Notes: generated by a model from the sequence alone, not told the origin. A stretch of DNA of 64,000 nucleotides from Dictyostelium discoideum (GCA_000004695.1 CM000155.2:1536001-1600000), one strand, 5' to 3'. Positions 30,054 through 44,040 are shown, counted from the stretch's first letter. Numbers and translations: made by a program.

Positions 30054-31452
30054 TTATTTAAATAATTCTAATAATTCTTTTTTAACTTGATGTTTATCAA
30101 TATCATTTGAAGTTTGATTTGAATTAATTAATTCTTTTAATTGTTCAGAACAAGATTGCTTATCTAAATTTGAATTATTAATTATAGATTTAAAAGCATT
30201 TAAACAAATATCTTTTCTTTGAGAGTGACCATTTCTATCAAGTTCTTCTTCACCCAATTCTAATGCCACTTGAATTTGTAACATTTCATTAAAGATATGT
30301 TTAATAGAGATTGAAATATGATTTGATTTTGGTAAACATGGTAAACAATGACAATAGATTTCATTCAATAAATCTAATTGAGCTAAACGAATAAAACGAT
30401 CAGCATCGAAAATCACCTCTTCAACACCTATCTGACTCATTAAATATTTATAAATCTCTTTTCCAATATTTTTACCAACTGATTGATTATCAAATTCAAT
30501 TAAATGTTTACTAATCTTTGGAATTGTATTTGTTAAACATTCTAAAATTGTAAACATAATCTTTGATATAATATCACTATCAATATTTTTCTTTTTTTTT
30601 TTACCATTTGAATCAACTTCATCTTCTTCATCTTCTTCATCTTCATCTTCATCTTCATCATCAATTGTATCATCTAATTCAATTGATTTTGAAGAATTTA
30701 ATAATTTCATATAAACTGATAAAATAATTGTTTCTAAATATTGTGATTTATAGAGTTGATCATGAATAAATAATTGCATTAATTTATCCAATGTAACAAT
30801 ACAAGATGGTGCATACTTTGAAATTGATTTCCAATTTTTAACAACAAATTGTGATAATCTTTCAATTGTAGTTTCAATGAATGGTTGATATAAAATTTGA
30901 CATGATAATGCAATATTACCAATCGCTTGAATGATATGAATTGTCATTGATTTATACTTTTGAACTGGTTTAACAATCTCTGCCAATAATGGATTTAAAA
31001 TCTTTGGTAAATAAATATCTTGAATTAATGATTTCTTTTCATTATATTCATTAGTTTCTTTTTGTTGTTGTTGTTGATTTAAATTTCTATTTAATGAAAT
31101 TATAAACTCTGAAAATATAATTGGATCTGCTAAAACTGGTGCATAAATTAAAAATTCCTCTGCATATTGGAATGAATCTTTAATAATACGAATTATTGAT
31201 ATTAAATTTAAAATGATTGAACTTCTAATACGTTGAAAGAAAGCTTGTGCACCTTTAGTTAAATTACTCTTTACATATTCTCTAATATCACCAATACATT
31301 CTAATAAAGTTTTAAATATTTCAATTAATATTAATTGACATTCTTCACTAGATTTTAAACATGCATTTGATACACCAATTCTTAAACTATTAATAATATT
31401 AACTGTAACTTTTCTATTTTCTTTATTACAAATATTATCTTTTTTAATCCTA

Positions 31453-31531
<79 letters not shown>

Positions 31532-32540
31532 ATATATTAATAAATTAATATTATTATTATTATTATTTTTATTATTTTATTAAAAAATAAAAATAAAAAC
31601 ATACATTGATAAATAAGAATTAAAAATAAAATTTGATAATGATTTATCTTTAATATAAATTGATGAATAACCACATAAAATACCAAAGAAAATTGAAGAT
31701 GATTCTTTATTAATATTTTCAATTAATTGTTTTGATAATAATTCTAAAAGTTTAATATCAACACTATTTTCCAAACCCATTGCTGAAACTTTTAATTTAT
31801 TTGAATCAACCATTGATGATTCATCTTCGTCATCACTTTCATCATCATCATCACTATCATCATCGTTTGTACTTTCAATTTTTGATGATTTATATGGTAA
31901 ATATAATTGAAAGAATTGACCTAAAACTTGTGTTAAATCTTCATAAATTACTTCATCTTCTTTTAAACTATTTATTATTATTATTAAAAATTAATATAAA
32001 ACAAAAAATAAATAATAATAAATAATTATAAATAATTTATAATAATAATTACATATAAATTTTAATTAACGATTCAACTAATTTAATATTATTAATTATT
32101 AATAATGGTGAAGTTTGCATTAAAATAACCATAAAATCAATAATTGATTTAATTGAAGATTGTGAGAAACCTGATCTATTTATATCCACTGTTACTAAAT
32201 GTTGAATGAATTGAGTTGAATATGATTCAATAGTATCTTCATAAATTTGTAAAAGTGATGTAAATGATCTTAATACTTCAAATTTCATATCTTCATCAAA
32301 ACTTTCTAAAAAATGTGGAAATAATAAATTCTCAATAATATCTTTTAAATAAACTGTGAATGAATTACTATGTTTAACATATCTTGATAACTTTATAAAC
32401 AATAGTTTTATTAATATAAATTTTACATTAAAAATGAAATAAAATAAAATAAAATTAAATAAAAAATACTTTACATTTCCTAAAATTATTAAAGATTTTT
32501 TATATAATTCAACATCTGATTTTAAAGTTTCAGATGTTTG

Positions 32541-32615
<75 letters not shown>

Positions 32616-32816
32616 AATTTGTTCAGATTTTATTTTAAGTACAAATATGAATCTATTTATATTATCATTTGTTGATTGTTCAGTTTCACAAAAGTTTTTT
32701 AAAAAGTAACTAACAATAGTTGTTGCATCTGTAATTTGAATTGCTTTAAAAAAACTTTCAAATGCTTCACTAATATCTGTTGGTATTGGTTCATTTATTT
32801 TTGATTGAGATTCCAT
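30054..32816 (-). CDS. Hypothetical 812-aa helical protein of unknown family, 4 exons (32816..32475, 32390..32053, 31967..31605, 31449..30054)
   Basis: ORFs 32049..32816, 31580..31813 and 30054..30986 join through three introns with consistent phases: GTAAAG to AG, GTAATT to AG (phase 2), and GTATGT to AG (phase 2). Intron 3 carries an (AAAT)n array. The product has a poly-Ser run, an acidic DDEDEDEDEEDEEDE tract and a Cys/His-containing C-terminus (CHCLPCLPKSNH). No family assigned. Confidence 0.5.
31453..31532. repeat. (AAAT)n microsatellite, about 20 units, in intron 3 of the 30054..32816 gene
   Basis: Perfect tandem tetranucleotide array. Confidence 0.9.
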
Positions 32817-33053
32817 TTATTTTATTTTGTTTGATTAATTTTAATCAAATTAAATGTTTGAAAAAAAAAAAAAAAAAAAGAAAATAAAAAAAAAAAAAAA
32901 AAAAAAACGACCTTTTTTTTCGTTTTTTATTTTATTTTGGCCCAAAAAAACTATTTTTAAATTATAAAGAAAAAAAATTATTATTATTTTAATAAAATAA
33001 ACTTTTTTTTTTTAAAATTTAATTTAAAACCAAAAAATCTATTTTTAAAACTA

Positions 33054-33086
<33 letters not shown>

Positions 33087-33200
33087 ATTATCATTATTAT
33101 TTGTTTATTTTTTTTTTATTTTATTTTATTTTTTTTTATTTAGTAATAAAATATAATTTATATTATAATATACTTTTTTTTTATTTTTTTTTTTTATTAT

Positions 33201-35104
33201 TTAATATTTAAAAGAAGGTGTTTTAAGATAATGAGGATTAAAGAAATCTCTAGCATTTAAAGTTTTTTTATCATTTCCAACGACTTTACTGGAAACGGAT
33301 GACCAAACTTCAATTTCCAAAACTTTAAATTCTTGACTATGAGCTAAAACATCATTATCAAAGGTATTGCATTTAACTGAACTACCATAATAAAGATCTT
33401 CATCAATCCATAACCCAAAAGCAGCCGATGAATCACCAGTACCCAACGAGATACAACCATTTGAAAACATGAAATTATCATTCTTTCTTGTCCAAGAGAA
33501 TTTCTTTCTCTCTATGGTGGTTTGTTGTCCATTATTATTACCAGTACAAAATTTAAATAAAAATGTTTCACCACTTCCATAATGAACTTTTTGATCTTGT
33601 TGCCATGGATCCGATGTGTAGGCACCAAATATGGTTTTACAATCATCTTTTATAACTAAAATACAAGGTGATCTTTGTTGAACTTTTGAGAAAAACGTTC
33701 TAATACTAATACCATGCTTCAAAGTACTATAAACCAATTCAAATGGTTCATCAACTAAACGAGCTGGTAAAAAACTTTGTAACCATAACATATCATCAAC
33801 TTTTAATAAATCTGATTTACCTTGAAAATGAATCGATGTTGGTGTATTTGTCGTTTTATAATTATCTAATGATGTTGTAAATGCACTATTATGACCACCA
33901 CCATGTTGATTAGTTGTTGTTGCTGCTGTTGTTGTTGTTGTTGTTGTTAAATTTTCTTCTTCATCATCATCATCAATAAAATAAAAATTATTTTCATTCA
34001 AGTCTTTATTATTTGTACTTAAATCAATAGTTTCATGTGTTTGTTGAATCTTTTTTAAATTTCTATATACAGTATTATCACTAAGTAAATTCTTATCAAT
34101 TGAATTATTTAATAATAAATTTGTTACTTTTCTATTTTGTAATTGAAGTTGTGGTTGTTGTAATAATTGTGATTTATTTTGATTATTATTATTATTTTGA
34201 TTATTATTATTATTTTGATTATTATTATTATTATTATTATTATTACTAAAATTATTAAAATTATTTTGTTGTTGTTGTTGTTGTTGTTGATTTAAATCAA
34301 TTGAAGAAAGTGTTGAATTAATTTCATCAATAACATCAATTGAAGGATCATCATAACCTAATAAAGCAATATCTTGACTTTCTGTAATCATTCTTGCTAT
34401 ATTTTTTGTAATACCTTCAATACTATAGTATTAAAAAATAAAAAATAAAATTAGATTTATAAAAAAGAAAATTGAAGAAAAAAAAAATTGAAAAAAAAAC
34501 TTACTCTGATTTTGGTAAATATAAAGAATATTGATTATTTGATTTTTCACCTTGAGAAGCTAATTTTAATTCCCAAAAGTTCTCAATTAAAGTCGATGCT
34601 GTATATCTACATTCAAATATTGAAATTAAATCAATAGAGAAACTTAGGTCATCCTGTTTGGTATTATTTGTACATGGATGAGAATCATTTTTACAATTGT
34701 CACTATTTTGATTTTGATTTGCAATTTGAATGAATGAAAATTTCTTTAGGTTAAAATAGATTTCACCTTCAAATATAGTATCGGGAGTTGGTTGATAATA
34801 AGCCGTAGGTATATGAGTTCTTTCAGAGTTTTCTAATCTAGTCTCAATTTTATGTTGCATTTTTGCTTTATCTGTTATCGATTTAATTGTTGCTTCAATG
34901 GTTTTAATCTTTTCTCTTTGTACTTCTGGTGAATCTGATGGTGAATATCCCATTAATACCCAGGATCCTTTAATCTTTACAATACGTAATACAAATGATC
35001 CTAAATTTTTTTTACTATTTCTTGGTGATATTGAAACTCCTTCTTCCATTAAATTTGTTATATTTCCATTATTTCCATTATTTCCATTATTTGAATTATT
35101 ATTA

Positions 35105-35136
<32 letters not shown>

Positions 35137-35612
35137 GTTGTTGTTGTTATTATTATTATTATTATTATTGTTATTATTATTTATTTCAAATTGTAATTGA
35201 TTACTATTAGTTATACTATTTGACATATAACCTGAATGTATATCTTTAATTTCTGTAAGATCACATGATTCAACTTGTTGAATAGTTTGTGATCTAGTGT
35301 CAAATAATACAATGAATGCTGATTTATCAGATACCAATAATGCAACTGGACTAGATGTAAAGGTTTTAATCATTTTTGGTTGTAATATAGTATTAAATGT
35401 TACTAATACTAATGAATATCCAATTATAAAATGTTGATCATCAGGTATAACCTCTTTACATTTATTAATATCTGCTTCACCCTAAATAATATTAAAAAAA
35501 AAAATAAAAAAAAAATAAAAAATATAAAAAAAAAAAGTGTAAATATTTAGGAATATTATTCATAACTTGTGTATTTTATATTATATATAATACATACCAA
35601 TATTCCAACCAT
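33201..35612 (-). CDS. TLDc-domain protein (Oxr1/NCOA7-like); the 5' end is uncertain
   Basis: The C-terminal exon (about 34414..33201) encodes a TLDc domain: LPARLVDEPFELVYSTLKHGISIRTFF, ILVIKDDCKTIFGAYTSDPW, GSGETFLFKF, AFGLWIDEDLYYGSS and LEIEVW. It joins an upstream exon, 35481..34505, through a GTAAGT donor in phase 2. A further GTATGT donor at 35597 follows ...MVGIL. Upstream of that lies a Ser/Asn-rich open frame to about 36100 that has no ATG. Confidence 0.6.
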
Positions 35613-36531
35613 TCTACTATCTAATCTATGAAGCAAATTAGAATTTGGAATTTGGGTGGTTGTTAAATTAAAATAATCGTCTATTTTTAAATCTTGAGGA
35701 GTATGTGCTCTTACTCCTTCTTTTGATTGATTTAGTTTGTTTATTATTGCTGTATTTGGTATTGAAGTTGTTGGTGTTGTCGAAATAGTAGAAACCGAGC
35801 TATTACTATCTTCTATGTTACTATTATCACTACTACTACTGCTATTGCTACTACTATCAGTATTATTGTTATTGTTATTAGTTTTATTGTCTTGTGTTGT
35901 TGTCGTTATATTTTCTGCCTCTGTTGATGTTGACGCAAAACTATTATTATTATTATCAAAACTAGAATTTAATGAACCAGATGACTTTTTCCTTTTAAAA
36001 TATCTAAATATTGAAGAGAATGAATTTGTCGCAGGTATATGTGCTGCGTTTGTTATTGATGTTTTTTTAACTACGATATTATTATAATTTTGGTTGTTAT
36101 TATTATTATTATTATAGCTTATATGATTTTGATGATTATTAATGTTATGTTTTCCTTCTTATTTTTGTTTTGTTTTTTTTTTTAATTTAAAGAAAGTAAA
36201 AAAAATGAAAAATAAAAAAAAAATTTTAATAGAGAAAAAAAAAAAAAAAATAAATAAATAATAAATAAAAAAAAATTTTAAAAAAAAATTAAAAAAAATT
36301 AAAAAAAAGGTTGAAAAGTTTTAATATTAATAAAACTTTTTAAATATTTTTTTTTTTTATTTATTTATAGGTAGGAAATTTTTATATGAAGTAATTTATT
36401 TATTACTGGTTTGATTTTGATTGATGAGGAAAAAATTTTGTTTTTTTACTTTTATTATTTATTTCGTTAGGGAGGCTCATTATTTTTTGAAAAAAATATT
36501 TTTTTTTTTGAAATTTTGTATCCTGGGTATG

Positions 36532-36576
<45 letters not shown>

Positions 36577-37144
36577 AAATAAAATATTTTTTTAAAAAAA
36601 AAAAAGTGATACCTCTGTATTGTGTTTTAAAAAAGCAATTGTTTTTTTTTTTATCTCGATTATTAAAGAGTTGAATAATGATTAAAAAAAAAAATAATAT
36701 TTTTAATAAATAATAGAAAATGAAAAAAATGTGGAAAAAAAAATTATATATATATATATAAATTATTAATTATTTAATTATTATTATTATTATAATTATT
36801 TATATGAGAGATAACATCCAAAAAAAAAAAAAAAAAAAAATTGGAAGTTTTATAAATATTAATGTATATATATTGATAAATTAAATTTAATAATGCTCTG
36901 ATTTATTTTTTTTTTATTATTTTTTTTTAAGGTCCAGAAGTCTGAAATTAATTTATTAAAACGTGGCTCTCGGGGTCAATAATTAAAAATTGTGATTGAA
37001 ATTTATGTGGTGAAGTTTTTGATTTTATTTTGTAACCTCTTTTTATCATTATTATTATTATTATTTTTTATTTTTTATTTCTTATTTTTAATTTTTTATT
37101 TTTTTATTTTTATTATTGTGCTATCTTACAATTATTTATTTTTT

Positions 37145-37145
<1 letters not shown>

Positions 37146-37223
<78 letters not shown>

Positions 37224-37234
37224 TTCATTTATTT
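37146..37234. repeat. (ATTT)n microsatellite, intergenic
   Basis: About 20 units. It accounts for the spurious plus-strand ORF 36992..37399. Confidence 0.9.
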
Positions 37235-37355
37235 CGCACTTTTCTTTTTTATTCTATATATTATTATTATTATTTTTTTTTTTTAGGAAGTGTGAAAAAA
37301 AAAATTGTTAAAAAGGAACTTGGAATAAACTGTGAATTAAAACTTTTAAGCGATG

Positions 37356-37388
<33 letters not shown>

Positions 37389-38060
37389 CAAACAATTAAA
37401 AAATTAAAAAAAAAAACAAAAACAAAAAATAAAAAAGAAAAATAAAAAAAAAATAAAAAATAATTAAAATGTGGTAAATTTATTCCCACAATATCTCTTT
37501 TTTTTTATTTTTTTTATTTTATTTTATTTTATTTAATTTTATTTTTGTTTAATTTAAACTGTTTAATATTTTTTCATTGAATAAAAACTAACACTCGGCA
37601 CTCCGACTATAATTAATATTATTTCATTTTAATGGCGATTTCCAAAGAATATTAATTCTTTTTTTTTTTATTGTAATATATTACTTAAAAATTATTACTT
37701 GGATAGTAAATAAAATATCAAAAGAGGAGGCAAAACTCGATTATTGCCATATATATATTTTTTTCTAAAAAAAATGATACTAAAAAAAAGAAATAAATAG
37801 GTTTTTTTTTTTTTTTTGGTAAAAAAAACATTTGAAATTAGTAGAAAATATTTTACTTTATCTTTAATTCTATTTTAAGATTCAGCAGATATATGGTTCA
37901 TCAAAAACATAAATACAACAAAATATAACACCCTGTTTTTTTTTTTTTTTATTTTTTTTATTTTTTTTATTTTTTTTTTTTACTGATTAAGTTTTCAGAT
38001 ATTATTGTTTTATTTTTTTTTTTTTTTTTATTTTTTTTTTTTTTTAAAAAATTTTCCTTT

Positions 38061-38486
38061 TTAATCAAAATCTTCGTCCTCAACATTTGGTTTCTTTGAA
38101 TTTAAATTATTTAAAATGTGTGAAATACTATTATTGGAATTGCTATTATTTGTATTTAGTATTGGTGGTACAGAAGAAAATGATGGTAAAGTCGATGATG
38201 AATTTGTTGATGAAAGGGATGGCAAAACAATACCATTTCCATTATTATCATTATTATTATTAGGATTATTAGGATTATAATTATTATTATCATTAAAATT
38301 ACTATTATTATTTGAAAATGTAAATGAATTAAATCCATTATCTTTATTATCGATGCTATTATTACTGCTATTCATTATACTGTTTATATTACTTTTATTT
38401 ATATTATGATTGGAATCTTCCTCATCAAAGTTTGTATTAATTTTTCTATTACTATTGTTATTATTCAAATTTCCAAGTATATGTTC

Positions 38487-38540
<54 letters not shown>

Positions 38541-38687
38541 GCTGCTATTATTATTATTGCTATTATTCAAAACTGGTAATGAAATTGGTGCCAAAGGTTG
38601 ATATTGATTTGATGGTAAAGTTATGGTCGACGCTGTAGATGATGATAAAAATTGTTGTCCTCTGTTATTATTATTGCTATTATTGCT

Positions 38688-38742
<55 letters not shown>

Positions 38743-38929
38743 TCATCTTCATTACTATTGTAGTTGTTATTATTGAAATTATTGTTGTTAAAATTGTTAT
38801 TATTATTATTACTATTGTTGTTGAAGTTATTATTGTTATTATTATTGTTGAAGTTATTATTGTTGAAATTATTATTATTGTTGAAATTATTATTATTATT
38901 GTTGAAATTATTATTATTGTTGAAATTAC

Positions 38930-38966
<37 letters not shown>

Positions 38967-39428
38967 GTTATTATTATTATTTAAAGGTGGGGATTGAATT
39001 GAACCAGCAGATGAAGATAAAAATGGACTTGATTTTGGAGATGTTGTATTTGATTTTCTTGCTGATGGTTTTTTTAAAGATGTTGATTGAATATCTTTTG
39101 GGGAATTTGCAAAGTTTGGTGTTGGTGTTGGTGTTGGTGTTGTTGTTGCGGTGGTTGTTGTGATTGTTGTATTTTTTAAAACAGGTGATGTTTCAGATTT
39201 AACTTTTCTGGTTGAAGCTCCTCCTCTTGCTCCTCCTCTACCACCTCTACTACCTTTGCCACCTCTGCTACCCTTTCCTCCTTTTTTAGGTGCTTCTTCC
39301 TCTTCTTCATCACTATCATCATCATCCTCATCTTCTTCTTCCTCCTCTTCTTCACCCATATCCATTTCTTCCTCCTCTTCTTCCTCTTCTTCACCTCCAT
39401 CTTCACCTTCAGTTTTCCTAAAAAAAAA

Positions 39429-39460
<32 letters not shown>

Positions 39461-39762
39461 TATATTAATATATATTAATATATATATATTGAATCTAATC
39501 TATTAAATCCAATGTTAAAACTTACTTTGGTCTACCTCTTTTCTCATTTTTATCATCTGGAATTCTATCAACAATTTCAGTTAAGAAATCAAATGTTGAT
39601 TCTTGTTTTATACATTCTTTTAAATGATTAACTGATATAACTTTACCTTTCTTTGCTTGTGTTATTTTACATGTTTTCATTACTAAATCTGCCATAAATA
39701 ATTCTAAACATTGAGCTAATAATTATTTGAATAAAAATAAATTAATAAAATTTGTATCTATA

Positions 39763-39796
<34 letters not shown>

Positions 39797-39912
39797 AAGG
39801 TACTTACAAATTAAAATTGGTGTTGCAGATGCAATTTTTCCCACTTCTTCATCTTTTTGCATTATCTTTTTGATTCTTGCCATTGGGAATTTTGTCTTAT
39901 ATTTCTTTTTCA
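38061..39912 (-). CDS. NC2alpha/DRAP1 (Dr1-associated corepressor, H2A-like histone fold), 3 exons (39912..39817, 39705..39536, 39416..38061)
   Basis: The histone fold reads [35 protein letters not shown] | [45 protein letters not shown]. Donors are GTAAGT in phase 1 and GTAAGT in phase 2. The third exon adds an acidic run ([14 protein letters not shown]), a Gly-Arg segment and about 300 residues of poly-Asn tail. Confidence 0.8.
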
Positions 39913-40231
39913 TTTTTTAATTTAAATATAAAATATTTTATCAAATATATAAAGAAAAAAAATTGGATATGAATATTTTCAATTATTTTTTTTTAATTTT
40001 ATTTTTTTTTTATTTTTTTTTTTTTTAATGAATTTGGAGTTGCAACCTTTTTAAATAAAAATAAAAAAAAAATAAAAAAAAAAAAATAAAAAAAAAAAAA
40101 AATAAAAAAAAATAAAAATTTTCAAATTCAACAGCAAAAAAAAAAAAAATTAAATATGTAAAAAGAAAAAAAATAAAAAAAATATAAAAAAAGTTCTAAA
40201 AATAACCAATTTTATTTATTTATTATTGTAA

Positions 40232-40275
<44 letters not shown>

Positions 40276-40373
40276 AATTTATTTAGTTATTATTTTTTTT
40301 ATTTTTTAATGAAAAAAAAAAAAAAAATTAATATTTATTTTTATTTTTATTTTTATTTTATTTTTTAATTTTA

Positions 40374-42657
40374 TTAAAGAGCATTAAAATAAAATTGATG
40401 ACCTTGATCTTGTTTCATTTTAATATCTTGTTGTTTTTCACGTCTATATAAACCGAAACTTATTGCTGATAATAAAATGATAGCAGCAAAGAAAGCGATT
40501 AAAACCCAAAAGAAAATACCAGAAGGGTTAATGTATAATTCTAAAGTCCAACCCGTTGGATTTGATGGTTTGTATGGAATTGCTACGACTTGAGAGTTTG
40601 GAATTGTGCCAACCCAATTATTGAAATGTACAGATTGATTCAATGGCATACCAAAGAATAATTGATCAACATAATTACTAGTTCTACCCAACCCAAATAG
40701 ATTATAAGGTGTTTGCAATGACATATAACTACTAGAATACATTTGTGCACCAATTTGAATATGAGTATTACCAGATAAATCGGTATAAGTGAATTTAAAA
40801 GTGCCACCAGGGAAATTTACACCATAAGGTTTTGGAGAAGGGAATTTATCACCAGTTGGACACATTGTAGTGCAAACACCATTCAATCCCAAAGTTTTGA
40901 AAAAGAAAGCATCGTTATAGAAATTATTGAAAACTGCAGTCACCGATTCACTACCATTAACATCTCTTGATAATACTAAAATATCAGCGATACCATTCTC
41001 ACCAAAATCAACAAATACAGCACTATGTGCATTTGGTACCATTGTCAATGCATCAGTTCCATCGATTACCTTTGAAAATGAACGTCCATTCTGTCCATTA
41101 CTACAAACATTTGGTGAACATTCAACATTTTCCCATAATTCAACATGTGGTCCTGCTTCTAAATTTAATGGATCAATTAATGATATTAAAATATCTGGAA
41201 ATCCATCAATATTATAATCACCTGAATGTATAATTAATGGTATACCATTTTCAAAATCACTATAAAATATACTACCATTAAATTGATCATTTGATAATAC
41301 AATTGTAACCTTTAAAAAAAAAAAAAAAAAATTAATATTATAAATTATTATTATTATTTATTATTTTAAAATATAATATAATATACATACACCATCTGTA
41401 TCATTTAATGTATTTGAAAAACTAAAAGTACCATCAGTTGAACATAATGCATTTTGTGGTATACAAGATGCACTACTAAATAATGAACTTGAACAAACTG
41501 GTTTTTGTGTATTTGATACAATATAAATTTCATTTATAAATGTTGTTTGATTAATTGTATTTAAAACTGGATAAATCATATCTAAATCTCCATCATTATC
41601 TATAAAAAAATATTATAATATTTATTATTAATATATATATGTATATATATATATAAATAATTATATATATATTTTAATATTTACCAAAATCAGCAAAAGT
41701 AATTTGACCAGTACCAGGTGGAAAATTTAAAGTTGTAACTAAACTATAACCTAAATCTTTATTATTAATCCAAATTTCACCAATTATAGAATCATCATCA
41801 TCTAATGATTTTGAAGTGATAAAGAGATCAGCTAAACAATCACCATTTAAATCTATAAAAGAGTTACTATGTGGTGAAGATATTTGAGCACCTAATTGAT
41901 TTGGGTTGATTTGTGGTGCATTCATGGAGTAGAATAAAGCATCATCATCACTACCATCATTGTTTATCCATAGCGTTCTCTCACCAGTACTAGCACTGAT
42001 TCCAAACATGTCCAAATGTAAATCACCATTTGCATCAAATACTAAAACCTGGTCGGTTGGTACCACTCTATTGTTAGCGTTACCACCATAGATTGAAATT
42101 GGTTCGTCTATACTCGTATAATGACCTTGACATAAACTCATGTAATTCTCTTCACTATATCCAACGATTGTGCCATTCTCAGTCGTATTGGCTACTCTAT
42201 ATTGTATTAAAATATCCAATGATCCATCATATGTAAAATCACCACCTACAACATTATTAATTCTATTTCCTTCACCTAAATGAACTATTATATCTGATGC
42301 GTCATATTTCCAACTTTCAACATTCCATAAAAATACCTGTAATGTTGATTTATTCTCATATAAAAAAAAAGTATCTAAACTAAATAAATTAAAAAATATT
42401 AATAAATAATAAATAAATAATAAATAATATAATAATAATACTTACTATTTATCAGCATTAAAATCACCAAATGCCATAACTGTACCATTATAACCACTAA
42501 AGCCAATATCATCTATTGAATATAATTTTGAACTTGAAAATTTTGGGGCATTTGTGAATACAGGCTTCCAAAAATCACTAAAGAAATCTGCATTTACTAT
42601 ATTTATATTTATTATACAAACTATATATAATAAAACTATCAATATTATTGGTTTCAT
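40374..42657 (-). CDS. ITFG1/TIP-like (linkin) FG-GAP-repeat membrane protein, 4 exons (about 42657..42446, 42379..41685, 41599..41392, 41309..40374)
   Basis: A signal peptide (MKPIILIVLLYIVCIININIVNA) is followed by FG-GAP-like motifs (FGDFNADK, FDANGDLHLDMFG, DLNGDCLADLF, DNDGDLDMIYP, DGFPDIL). Near the C-terminus is a transmembrane helix, FFWVLIAFFAAIILLSAISFGL, and then a short cytoplasmic tail. Donors are GTAAGT, GTAAAT and GTGTAT or GTATGT, with matching phases. The exon 3/4 boundary has an alternative reading, given in the findings. Confidence 0.7.
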
Positions 42658-43393
42658 CTTGAATTTGTATATTATATATATATATTATTTCGATATCGTT
42701 TTAGTTGTGTGTGTATGTATGTGTGTGTGTGATAAGGAGGAGGTCTATATGTATTTTTTTTTATTTTTTTATTTTTTTATTTTTTATTTTTTTATTATTA
42801 AATAATTATTATACAAAATTCCAACGGAGGAATACAATTCTAATAACAAATAAATGTTATTATTTGAGTTAATTTTCTATTTTTTTTTTTTTTAAAAATT
42901 GAATAAAAAAAAAAAAAATAAAAAAAAAAAATAAAATTTTTTAAAAAAAAAAAATTAAAAAATTCTTATTTTTTCGAGTCGTGAAAACTTTTTAAAGTTT
43001 TTAAAGAAATAATTAATTGCTTATTTAAAAATATTCACATGTGAATTTTATTGTTTAGTTTTTTTAGAAATTTTATTTTATTATTTTAAATAAAATAAAA
43101 TTTTATAAAAAAAGAAAAAAAAAAAAAAAAGAAAAACCACACACACAAATTAAAATCGGGACAAGAAAAAAAAAAAAAAAAAAAATATAACATTAAAAAA
43201 AAAAATAAAACAAAAAAACAATTTTTTTATTTTTTTATTTTTTTTTTTTTTCATTTTTATTTTTTTTTTTTTTCGTCGACCCTTTTTTTTTTTTTTTTAT
43301 TTATTTTTTATTTTTTTTTTGAAATCATCTGATTCTCTCTTTTTTAAATTAAAAAAAAAAAAAAACAGATCAAAATAATATATAATTTTAAAA

Positions 43394-44040
43394 ATGAGAG
43401 AAAAATTAAATCTTTTAGCAAAATTAAAGAGTGTTGTATATAAATTTGATCCATTGAATCCAAATACTAGATCAATAAGGTAAATATTTCAATAGTGTTT
43501 CAATTAAATCATAATTATTATTGTTATTATTATTTATATTACATTTTACTAATGCAGATATTTTTTATTTTATTTTTTTTATTTTTTTTATTTTATTTTA
43601 TTTTTTATTTTATTTTTAATTTTTTATAATAATAATAATAATAATAGATCTTTTATTCCATTAACAACATGTAAAAGATCTAGACAATTAGCACCAGAGT
43701 GTAGTATTAGTTTTGACCTTGGTCCACAAAACACATCACCAGTAATTGATATTAAATTTGGTATATATTTACTTCCACTCATACATAAATATAATAATTT
43801 TAGATTACACCATTTCAATATATTAATTAATTATGTATATATATTTTAGTTAATGGAACAGAAAAGAGTATTAAAACAGATACTTTAGAATTAATGTCAA
43901 TTGTTGAATCAATTGAACTTTTAAAGAAAAGTATAAGAATAGAAGAAATTGAAAAGATGAAAACTACTGAAACAACTCTTCAAGATATTTTACAACCAGT
44001 CAACAAAAAGAAAGATACTGGTGCTAAAGCAAACAGATAG
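43394..44040 (+). CDS. Mitochondrial ribosomal protein mL53 (MRPL53/MRP-L44 family), 3 exons (43394..43479, 43648..43760, 43850..44040)
   Basis: Product: MREKLNLLAKLKSVVYKFDPLNPNTRSIR | SFIPLTTCKRSRQLAPECSISFDLGPQNTSPVIDIKF | VNGTEKSIKTDTLELMSIVESIE.... This follows the mL53 pattern V.V.F.PF...TR.FL...C.V.F.DG...L. Donors are GTAAAT in phase 2 and GTATAT in phase 1, and the acceptors are ATAG and TTAG. Confidence 0.6.

Noticed and set aside
35737-36087. 116-aa plus-strand ORF (poly-Leu)
   Set aside because: It is the antisense of the Ser/Asn-rich open frame upstream of the TLDc gene.
36992-37399. 135-aa plus-strand ORF
   Set aside because: It is composed almost entirely of an (ATTT)n microsatellite and poly-T sequence. 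It has no start context and no coding-like composition.
38156-38997. Several overlapping Ile/Leu-rich ORFs on both strands
   Set aside because: They are frame-shifted or antisense readings of the (AAT)n tracts that encode the poly-Asn tail of NC2alpha/DRAP1.
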